Shown in pieces: positions 57,226 through 64,000 of a stretch of 64,000 nt of DNA. Every line of letters begins with the position of its first letter. Positions within the stretch are counted from its first letter, which is position 1. The stretch is from Pseudolabrys sp. (GTDB lineage: Bacteria; Pseudomonadota; Alphaproteobacteria; Rhizobiales; Xanthobacteraceae). Made by a program: the position numbers and the translations under genes. The stretch covers positions 1,821,749 to 1,885,748 of the forward strand of contig JARYIJ010000001.1 of the NCBI GenBank assembly GCA_029980465.1, written 5' to 3'. The notes below the pieces were generated by a model. The model saw only the letters and a program-made list of their open reading frames with translations. It searched no databases and was not told the origin of the DNA.

Positions 57226-58157
57226 CCTCTGCTGGTCTGGTTGATCTTGCGGAGCAGCGCGCCGAGGTCGGGCGGCTCAGTGAGGTCGAGGCGGCCGGAG
57301 CGATCCTTGCCCGGCAGGCCGAAGGGATTGGCCGACTGGCAGACGAGGCGGCGCACCTCGCCGCGATCGGGCTCGTGACGCCAGGTGTCGCCATCGGGCG
57401 CGAACCGGCTCATGGAGATCACCTGGTCGACGATGCCGGGGAGCTCGCGGGCAGCCTTGCCACCCTCCATCTGCGGCTGCCAGGTGACGCGGTTGAACTC
57501 GTCGGTGACGCGGTCCAGGATCCCGACGAAGATCACGGTGCGGCCTGGCACGTGTTGCAGGTGCTTCAGGAGCCCGATGGTTTCGCGCGCGAGCAGGCCG
57601 TAAGCGCCGCGGGTGTCAGGCTTGCCGGTCCGCTCCGACTGCGCTTCCGGTCGCGTCTTCGCCCAGGCCATGGCGAGCCGCGTGAGGTCGGTGATGGAGT
57701 CCACGAAGATGATGCGCTTGCCCGCGATCATGCGGACGAGGTCGGGATAGGTGTCGCCGAGATGCCGGTAGTGGCTTTCGCAAAAGAAGGTCTTCTCATC
57801 CGCCGCCGGATCAACGCCGCCGACGAGGCAGGCGACGTCGAGAGCATCGGCGAAGCTGCGCACGGGGATGCTGTCGCCGGGCCAGTCCTGGACCGACTTC
57901 ATGCCGGCTTCGAGATCGATGCAGAGCGTCTCCGCCGGTGGCAGGGTCTTGAGCAGCGAGGTCTTGCCGACACCCGAGGGCCCGAAGATCGCCATCGTGG
58001 TCTTCGCATGCGCCTCGGCGAGCCGCTGATCGGCGGTGATGATGCGCAGCGCCAGCCGCATGAGGCCGGTAGCTAGAATCTCGGCGATTTCGGTAAGGCG
58101 CTCGGCGGCGGAAAGATGCTGGGGCGATAGAGGGTTGGGGATCGAAGCGGTCGGCAT
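57222..58157 (-). CDS. Sak4-like ATPase (copy 2) carrying a foreign 35-codon N-terminal leader
   Basis: From ALRIITADQRLAEAH onward it matches 10364-11197. The leader MPTASIPNPLSPQHLSAAERLTEIAEILATGLMRL matches the small ORF at 6430. Confidence 0.7.
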   Translation of the reverse strand: MPTASIPNPLSPQHLSAAERLTEIAEILATGLMRLALRIITADQRLAEAHAKTTMAIFGPSGVGKTSLLKTLPPAETLCIDLEAGMKSVQDWPGDSIPVRSFADALDVACLVGGVDPAADEKTFFCESHYRHLGDTYPDLVRMIAGKRIIFVDSITDLTRLAMAWAKTRPEAQSERTGKPDTRGAYGLLARETIGLLKHLQHVPGRTVIFVGILDRVTDEFNRVTWQPQMEGGKAARELPGIVDQVISMSRFAPDGDTWRHEPDRGEVRRLVCQSANPFGLPGKDRSGRLDLTEPPDLGALLRKINQTSRG

Positions 58158-58315
58158 TTTTGGCCCCGGTTACCTGGCTGTCACCTACCGGGCGTCGGGG
58201 GAAACTGTCGGGATACTGCATCGCAAAGGTTGTGATAATTGTGCGACTCGTGATTTAGTGGTGAGGAAGTCTAAGAATCGCTTCTCTGGCGCGCACTCTA
58301 CATAGGGGTGATCGC

Positions 58316-58903
58316 ATGGCTACCTTCAGGCTCCGGAAATTCAGCCACCCTGATGCTCTTAGAGCCATTGCGCCTGCTAGGCTGACGACATTTCTCCGCC
58401 AATACATGGAATATTTCAGAGGTCGCGGCGTCGCATTGCCGGAGGACGGTATGTTCTCCGGCGATGCAGAGATGTGGGACGCGCAGCAGGCTCAACATGA
58501 GCTATTGCTGCAGCTCGCGAATAAATCTGATCTCGCAAAATATTTTGAAGAGAATGCCAACCAGCAGGTCGATCCGATTCTCCTCGATGAGAATGGCTTC
58601 GTTGTAAATGGGAATAGACGCCTCTCGTATTGGCGCGAGCTCCTGCACAAAGAATCAACCAAATACGGTCATTTCCGTCACATCGACGCCGCGGTGCTCC
58701 CACATTGCGATGAGAAAGAGATCGACCGACTCGAAGCGACGCTGCAGATCGAAAAGGACATCAAGGCCGACTACAGCTGGGATGCCAGAGCTAACATGAT
58801 GCTGGCTAAACAGAAGCGTGACGGCTTTTCCAACAAAGAACTTGGCGAGCTTTACGGCATGAAGGAGAGCGACGTCGAAGAGCTTCTCGATATGCGTGCT
58901 TAG
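58316..58903 (+). CDS. orfA2: orfA1-type N-terminus (~45 aa) joined to a ParB/Srx-like domain
   Basis: 195 aa. MATFRLRKFSHPDALRAIAPARL... then FVVNGNRRLSYW (ParB-type G-x-x-R box). The region is visibly AT-richer. The stop lies 4 nt before repeat R. Confidence 0.6.
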   Translation: MATFRLRKFSHPDALRAIAPARLTTFLRQYMEYFRGRGVALPEDGMFSGDAEMWDAQQAQHELLLQLANKSDLAKYFEENANQQVDPILLDENGFVVNGNRRLSYWRELLHKESTKYGHFRHIDAAVLPHCDEKEIDRLEATLQIEKDIKADYSWDARANMMLAKQKRDGFSNKELGELYGMKESDVEELLDMRA

Positions 58904-58906
58904 CTA

Positions 58907-59272
58907 TACGGGCAGGTAACCCGCGGCGGACTGAGCATTCAATGCGCTCGGTTCCGGTCCATCCTCCGAGACTGACAAACGCTCGCAAAATCAACATCGG
59001 CGTTCGCTCCCAGACTCTCTCGCTACCCCGCGATATCTCTGCAAAGTGCGGAGGTTGGTGTCGCGAAAAGAGTTTCAAAATCAGTTGCTTACGAGAACCG
59101 CACTAAATCCGCGAAGTGCGGAGGTTTGGAGACAAACGGGCCGAGAGACAGAATTTCGGGCCCCGACGGGCTCACCACAGTGCGGAGGTTTCGCGCGAAG
59201 GGCCGCCGTTATTGGCGATTTCACCGCGAGAAATCCCGGCAGAGAATGTTGGTCGCGTCAGGAGTGGCGGAG
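58907..59272 (+). repeat. 366-bp repeat R, right copy, with three AGTGCGGAGGTT boxes
   Basis: Boxes at 59045, 59115 and 59179, plus a degenerate AGTGGCGGAGG at 59263. Identical to the reverse complement of 45316-45681. Confidence 0.9.
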
Positions 59273-59383
59273 GGAGAAATCCTCTGTGCCAACTCGCTCT
59301 TCGTAATCGCGCGCAAGGTGGAGTGGCTACGAGAAGTACTGAGAATCGATCTGCAGACCTCCTCCTGCTGTCAAAGGTCGCCT

Positions 59384-59776
59384 TCAACGGTCGGTAGAAT
59401 CATCGATGATGCTCTGGACTACTTCCACGATCCCTTTGAGCTTCTCGTGTGCATCGATGAGTCGACGCGCTCCCGCGTAATGTTGGCGCCCAGCGCGCTG
59501 CAGGAATAGCTCGAAAATCGCGTCCGAAGAACCCGCGAGTGCGATCAGATGGTGGCCGCTCGGTCCCCTCGAACCAGCAAACCAGTACTTCACCGTCCGC
59601 TCGCTGGCCCCGGTCCAGCGCATCGCTGATTTGACCGCTTGGTGCGTCGTACCGAGTTCTCTTCGCAGGGCAGCGGCTATCGCAATTGCATAGTCTACAT
59701 CGGAATCGTGCCCACGGTTGGGCTGGTGCACAACTGTGCCCTTTTTCGGCACAAGTGTGCCCTTTTTCGCAGGCAT
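59384..59776 (-). CDS. Small hypothetical protein, possible HTH regulator
   Basis: 130 aa, divergent from the recombinase gene. Contains AMRWTGASERTVKYWFAG. N-terminal tandem KKGT(L/V)V is encoded by a direct DNA repeat. Confidence 0.5.
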   Translation of the reverse strand: MPAKKGTLVPKKGTVVHQPNRGHDSDVDYAIAIAAALRRELGTTHQAVKSAMRWTGASERTVKYWFAGSRGPSGHHLIALAGSSDAIFELFLQRAGRQHYAGARRLIDAHEKLKGIVEVVQSIIDDSTDR

Positions 59777-59849
59777 GTTTTCGACCCTCCCCCGTTAAAC
59801 TGGTGAAGGGCCATCAACGGCAGAACTGCTCTCGCGCGTCCTGCGGCTG

Positions 59850-61472
59850 GTGCAGGCGGTCGAGAGCAATCACGACCACGGACAGAGGAAGCGAAACGTG
59901 GTCGGTTCCGGCCAACGCAATTCTGTAGAGGGGCCGACCGACACCACGAAAACGGTGCGCGCTGCGCAGTACGTGCGCATGTCGACGGAGCACCAGCAGT
60001 ACTCCACCGAAAATCAAGCTGACGCCATCCGTTCGTACGCTGAACGCCGTGGCATCGAGATCGTCCGCACCTACGCCGATGAAGGTCGCAGCGGGTTGCG
60101 TTTGGCCGGTCGCGATGCGCTCAAGCAGCTGATCGAGGACGTGCAAAGCGGCAAGGCGGACTTCACCGCGATCCTCGTCTACGACGTGAGCCGCTGGGGC
60201 CGTTTCCAGGACGCCGATGAGAGCGCCTACTACGAGTACATTTGTAAGCGCGCCGGCATCAGCGTGCATTATTGCGCCGAGCAGTTCGAGAACGATGGCA
60301 GCCCCGTTTCCACCATCGTCAAAGGCGTCAAGCGAGCCATGGCCGGCGAGTACAGCCGTGAGCTGTCGACCAAGGTGTTCGCCGGTCAGTGCCGGCTCAT
60401 CGAGCATGGGTTCCGGCAAGGCGGCCCGCCCGGATACGGGCTGCGCCGGCGGCTGATCGATCAGGCCAAGATTGCCAAGGCCGAGCTGTCGCGCGGAGAG
60501 CAAAAAAGCCTGCAAACCGATCGCGTCGTTCTCGTGCCGGGCCCCGCCGAGGAGGTGGAAACGGTCCGATGGATGTATCGGATGTTTGTGGAAGCAGGAA
60601 AGCCAGAACGGGAGATCGCAACCCTCCTGAACGAGCGCGGCATTGCGACTGACCTTGGCCGGCTGTGGACGCGCGGCACGGTTCACCAGGTGCTGATCAA
60701 CGAGAAATATGTCGGTAACAACGTGTGGAACCGCATCTCCTACAAGCTCAAGAAGAAGCGCGTCCGCAACGACCCGGACATGTGGATTCGGGCAGATGGA
60801 GTGTTCGAGCCGATCGTTGATCGCCTGCTATACGACGCCGCGCAATCGATCATCCGGGAGCGTTCCCAGCGACTATCCGACGACGAGATGTTGGATGCCC
60901 TTCGACGGCTCTTCGGCGCACGCGGCTATCTTTCCGGGCTAATCATCGACGAATCCGAACACCTGCCATCAAGCAGCGCCTACCAGCATCGTTTCGGGAG
61001 TCTGTTACGCGCCTATCAACTGGTGGGTTTCACGCCCGATCGCGACTACGAATACATCGAGATCAACCGAGCCCTACGTGCCATGCACCCCGGCGTCGTT
61101 GCCGGTACGATCGCTGGGATCGAGAAGGCTGGCGGCAGGGTCGTCCAAAATGCCGCGACCGACATGCTGACGATCAATGGTGAATTCACTGCGTCAGTTG
61201 TGATCGTGCGATGTCGAGAGACGCTCGCCGGATCCCTCCGATGGCACGTCCGCTTCGACACCGGCCTTTCTCCCGACATCACCGTCGCCGTGCGCATGGA
61301 TCGGATGAACCGGGAGGCGATCGACTATTACCTTCTCCCCCGTCTCGATATGACCGTCCATCAGCTTCGGCTTGCCGAGCACAATGGCGTATCGCTCGAC
61401 TCCTACCGGTTCAATTCGTTGGACGCATTGTTCGGGATGGCGGCCCGTACCAAGGTCTTGGAGGTTGCCTGA
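59850..61472 (+). CDS. Large serine recombinase (second, different family from 4453-5769)
   Basis: Catalytic AAQYVRMSTEHQQYS, DVSRWGR, and a long recombinase/zinc-beta-ribbon-type C-terminal region. The true start is probably internal (GTG 59901 or 59955). Confidence 0.85.
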   Translation: MQAVESNHDHGQRKRNVVGSGQRNSVEGPTDTTKTVRAAQYVRMSTEHQQYSTENQADAIRSYAERRGIEIVRTYADEGRSGLRLAGRDALKQLIEDVQSGKADFTAILVYDVSRWGRFQDADESAYYEYICKRAGISVHYCAEQFENDGSPVSTIVKGVKRAMAGEYSRELSTKVFAGQCRLIEHGFRQGGPPGYGLRRRLIDQAKIAKAELSRGEQKSLQTDRVVLVPGPAEEVETVRWMYRMFVEAGKPEREIATLLNERGIATDLGRLWTRGTVHQVLINEKYVGNNVWNRISYKLKKKRVRNDPDMWIRADGVFEPIVDRLLYDAAQSIIRERSQRLSDDEMLDALRRLFGARGYLSGLIIDESEHLPSSSAYQHRFGSLLRAYQLVGFTPDRDYEYIEINRALRAMHPGVVAGTIAGIEKAGGRVVQNAATDMLTINGEFTASVVIVRCRETLAGSLRWHVRFDTGLSPDITVAVRMDRMNREAIDYYLLPRLDMTVHQLRLAEHNGVSLDSYRFNSLDALFGMAARTKVLEVA

Positions 61473-62359
61473 TGAAAGCGGAAGCCGTCCCGGCCGTCGA
61501 AATGATTCCCGTTGATCTCGTCAACGTCTTGAATCCGCGTGTCCGGAGCAAAAAAGTGTTCAAGGAGATCATCAGCAACATTGCTGAGATCGGGCTCAAG
61601 AAGCCGATCACGGTCACGCGCCGGAATTCTCCCGACGGGACCAAATACGATCTCGTCTGCGGCCAAGGACGGCTCGAGGCCTACCGGAGTTTGGGCCAAC
61701 GCGAGATCCCGGCACTGGTCATCAAAGCCGAGACCGAGGATTGCCTGGTCATGAGCCTGGTGGAGAATCTCGCCCGCCGCCAGCATCGCGCAATCGACCT
61801 TCTTCACGATATCGAAGGGCTTAAGAAGCGAGGTTACAGCGAAGCCGAGATTGCCAAAAAAACGGGCCTCACCCTTGAATATGTCCGAGGTGTCATCCGT
61901 CTTGTCGAGAAAGGGGAGCATCGCCTTCTGCGTGCAGTGGAGTCCGGCCAAATCCCGGTCAGTACTGCGGTCATGATTGCCAACGCTGACGATGCGGGTG
62001 TGCAGCACGCGCTTCAGCAGGCCTATGAGCAGAACCTGCTGCGCGGCAAAAAGCTGCTGGCTGTAAAACGGTTGATCGAGCAAAGGCGACGCCGCGGTAA
62101 AGGACTCGCCAATACCCAACCAAGACGCGTGCAGGCGCTATCGTCGGATGCGCTATTGCGTACTTACCGCGAAGATGCTGACAAGAAGCGGCTCCTCGTC
62201 CGCAAGGCGGGCGCGACCCATGACAGGCTCGTGTTCGTGACCGAGGCCCTGCGTAAACTGCTCGCTGACGAAAACTTCGTCACACTGTTGAGGGCCGAGG
62301 GTCTCGACACGCTGCCGCGTAATTTGGCCGAACGGTTCCAGACCAGCATGCAGGCCTGA
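61472..62359 (+). CDS. ParB/RepB-like protein 1
   Basis: 295 aa from MKAEAVPAVEM. ParB box is LVCGQGRLEAYRSLG and HTH is GYSEAEIAKKTGLTLEYV. TGATG overlap with the recombinase stop. Confidence 0.75.
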   Translation: MKAEAVPAVEMIPVDLVNVLNPRVRSKKVFKEIISNIAEIGLKKPITVTRRNSPDGTKYDLVCGQGRLEAYRSLGQREIPALVIKAETEDCLVMSLVENLARRQHRAIDLLHDIEGLKKRGYSEAEIAKKTGLTLEYVRGVIRLVEKGEHRLLRAVESGQIPVSTAVMIANADDAGVQHALQQAYEQNLLRGKKLLAVKRLIEQRRRRGKGLANTQPRRVQALSSDALLRTYREDADKKRLLVRKAGATHDRLVFVTEALRKLLADENFVTLLRAEGLDTLPRNLAERFQTSMQA

Positions 62360-62361
62360 GC

Positions 62362-63261
62362 ATGGCACGCAAGGCATCCATTTTACCTGTCAAGATGAGC
62401 TTTGAAGCCGCCGGGCTCCGGCTGGCCATCGCGGACATCAATCCGCTGCGCCTGGTCACGGCAGCGGTCAAGAGAACGCCAAAATACACGCAGATCGCCA
62501 CTTCGATTAGGGAGGTCGGGATCATCGAGCCTCCGGTCGTCGCACACGACCGCTCAAACCGAGGGAAATATTTGCTCCTCGATGGCCATTTGCGGATTGA
62601 GGTTCTCAAGGAGATGGGCGCCACCGAGGTCGTCTGCATCATCTCCACCGACGATGAAGCGTACACATACAATAAACGCGTGAGCCGCCTCGCAATCGTC
62701 CAAGAGCACAAGATGATTCTGAAGGCGATCGAGCGCGGCGTTTCCGAGGAGCGTATCGCCAAGACCCTCAACCTCGACATAAAGACGTTGCAGCAGAAGA
62801 AACGAATGCTCACGGGGATCTGCCCAGAAGCTGTCGAGCTGCTCAAGGACAAGCACGTGGCTCTTGGCACATTTTGGATTTTCAAGAAGATGGTGCCGTT
62901 CCGACAGATTGAAGCGGCGGAGCTCATGGTGGCCATGAACAAGTACACCATCAGCTACGCAAGATCGCTCCTCGCAGCAACGCCGCAGGACCAGCTCGTC
63001 GAGACGGGCAAGCCGAAGGCGATCAAGGGCCTCACGGACGAGCAAATCTCGCTCATGGAGCGCGAATCCGGAAATCTCGAAAGAGAGTTCAAGATAGCCG
63101 AGCAATCATACGGCACGGACCATCTCGACCTCGTCTTGGCCAAGGGCTATCTCGGAAGCCTCCTCGGCAACCCGCGCATCGTACGTTACCTGGTTCAGAA
63201 CCACCGCGAAATTCTCGTTGAGTTTCAGAAGATCGCAGAGTTGGAGACCGCTGCGGCTTGA
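62362..63261 (+). CDS. ParB/RepB-like protein 2
   Basis: 299 aa. ParB box is LLLDGHLRIEVLKEMG. Starts 2 nt after the ParB-like 1 stop. Confidence 0.75.
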   Translation: MARKASILPVKMSFEAAGLRLAIADINPLRLVTAAVKRTPKYTQIATSIREVGIIEPPVVAHDRSNRGKYLLLDGHLRIEVLKEMGATEVVCIISTDDEAYTYNKRVSRLAIVQEHKMILKAIERGVSEERIAKTLNLDIKTLQQKKRMLTGICPEAVELLKDKHVALGTFWIFKKMVPFRQIEAAELMVAMNKYTISYARSLLAATPQDQLVETGKPKAIKGLTDEQISLMERESGNLEREFKIAEQSYGTDHLDLVLAKGYLGSLLGNPRIVRYLVQNHREILVEFQKIAELETAAA

Positions 63262-63692
63262 TGCGCCGCGGCGGCCTGGTCGCGCGTCCGGATCGGCGCG
63301 GCCGATGATGGGGACCCGGACCCGATAAGCGCGGGGACCGCGGGAGAAGCCGCACTGTGGGGCGGATCAAGCGCGGTGGTGGGGATGGCGGCGAACCCGT
63401 TCGGAGCCCACCAGGCTGGCCCCTCATGGCTAGCCGCGCGCCCGGCTGTCGCAGTTTCAGCCGGGCGCGTCGTCGCCCGAAGCGAACCCGGACGGGGCCG
63501 ACGCGGCCATCGCTTGAAACTCCGAATCCTACCGCCCAACCGATTTTTGGCAAAAACTCAATGACTTGGCGACGTTTCCATTTTGACGCGTGCACCAGGA
63601 TTGACGAACTGACGCGCCCATTGATTCGACAGGAGTTTTCGGATCGTGTTTCTGGGTGGGTGCGCGTCGAACCAGCATGACTGGGGCACGTT

Positions 63693-64000
63693 TTGAGCGA
63701 CAAGATCGAGCAAGGAAGTTTTGTCGAGGCCCGCGGCCGGCCATGGCTCGTCGAGGCGGTAGACGATTTGGAGCCGGGCCTAACCACCGTCCGGCTTTCG
63801 TGCATTGCCGACGATGCGCAAGGCGAACAGGTCGAAATTCTGTGGGATGCCGAAATCGGCGCGTCGGTCCTGGCCGAGGACACTTGGTCCCGTGTTGGGC
63901 GCGGTGCGCCCGATAGCCCGCAGGTCCTCGCCGCACATTTGCGGGCAATCCGTTGGCGCTCGGCAACGGCTGCCGATCGTGACTTGCTGCAAGCGCCGTT
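63693..64000 (+). CDS. 5' end of a large gene running off the window; N-terminus resembles those of SNF2/DEAD-type helicases of defence loci
   Basis: My own translation from TTG 63693: LSDKIEQGSFVEARGRPWLVEAVDDLEPGLTTVRLSCIADDAQGEQVEILWDAEIGASVL...LRAIRWRSATAADRDLLQAPF. Strong GC3. Helicase motifs would lie beyond the window. Confidence 0.45.
   Translation, partial: MSDKIEQGSFVEARGRPWLVEAVDDLEPGLTTVRLSCIADDAQGEQVEILWDAEIGASVLAEDTWSRVGRGAPDSPQVLAAHLRAIRWRSATAADRDLLQAP

Larger units (their letters stand above)
45682..58906. mobile_element. 13.2-kb mosaic segment: scrambled copy 2 of the phage-like element plus mer genes, bracketed by the inverted R repeats
   Basis: Contains homologs of copy-1 genes joined at several abrupt junctions: 47117, 51590, 53669/70, about 54580, about 54800, about 57079 and 58052. 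Confidence 0.6.

Noticed and set aside
58806-59509. ORFs 58806-59078 (minus), 59046-59306 and 59126-59509 (plus), and their mirror images at 45187-45815, as protein-coding genes inside repeat R.
   Set aside because: Three mutually overlapping frames, no codon-position GC bias, no motifs, and each terminates at different unrelated flanks. The region is treated as non-coding repeat.
63089-63883. 264-aa minus-strand ORF and several short plus-strand ORFs in the 430-bp gap after ParB-like 2.
   Set aside because: Pro/Arg/Ser-rich translation that overlaps the end of a good gene. No frame shows convincing GC3, so the gap is left unannotated.

Overview
High-GC (~60-65%) mosaic accessory DNA. Its composition and protein families look like Rhizobiales/Bradyrhizobiaceae, but that is inference only. 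All functional calls come from reading motifs in the supplied translations; no database search was run.

Layout, left to right:
- (1) 1-3.9 kb: type I R-M locus (hsdM, hsdS) plus an extra single-TRD HsdS-like gene and a small GIY-YIG-like ORF.
- (2) 4.0-6.4 kb: four-gene large-serine-recombinase (LSR) cassette.
- (3) 6.6-26.4 kb: phage-like element, copy 1. It holds two unknown genes (orfA1/orfB1), a sigma-like gene, a Sak4-like ATPase, a DUF669-like gene, a Cas4-like nuclease, a RecD-like helicase, a Toprim primase with an embedded iteron origin, two ParB-methyltransferases, a 5'-truncated tail fibre and a lysis cassette. All head and tail genes are deleted.
- (4) 26.4-28.1 kb: gene fragments (MFS, GH15, IS66).
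- (5) 28.2-43.2 kb: aromatic-acid dioxygenase and meta-cleavage catabolic cluster with an ABC transporter and two GntR regulators.
- (6) 43.9-45.3 kb: integrase fragment and a decayed IS701-family element.
- (7) 45.3-59.3 kb: a 13.2-kb scrambled second copy of the phage-like element. It carries a mer operon with a truncated merA and is bracketed by two 100% identical 366-bp inverted repeats.
- (8) 59.4-64 kb: second LSR, two ParB/RepB-like genes, and the start of a helicase-like gene that runs off the window.

Most notable observations: the iteron origins inside the primase genes, the perfect inverted repeats with AGTGCGGAGGTT boxes, a split orfA2/orfB2 operon implying a circularly permuted captured replicon, and the uncharacterised orfA/orfB module.
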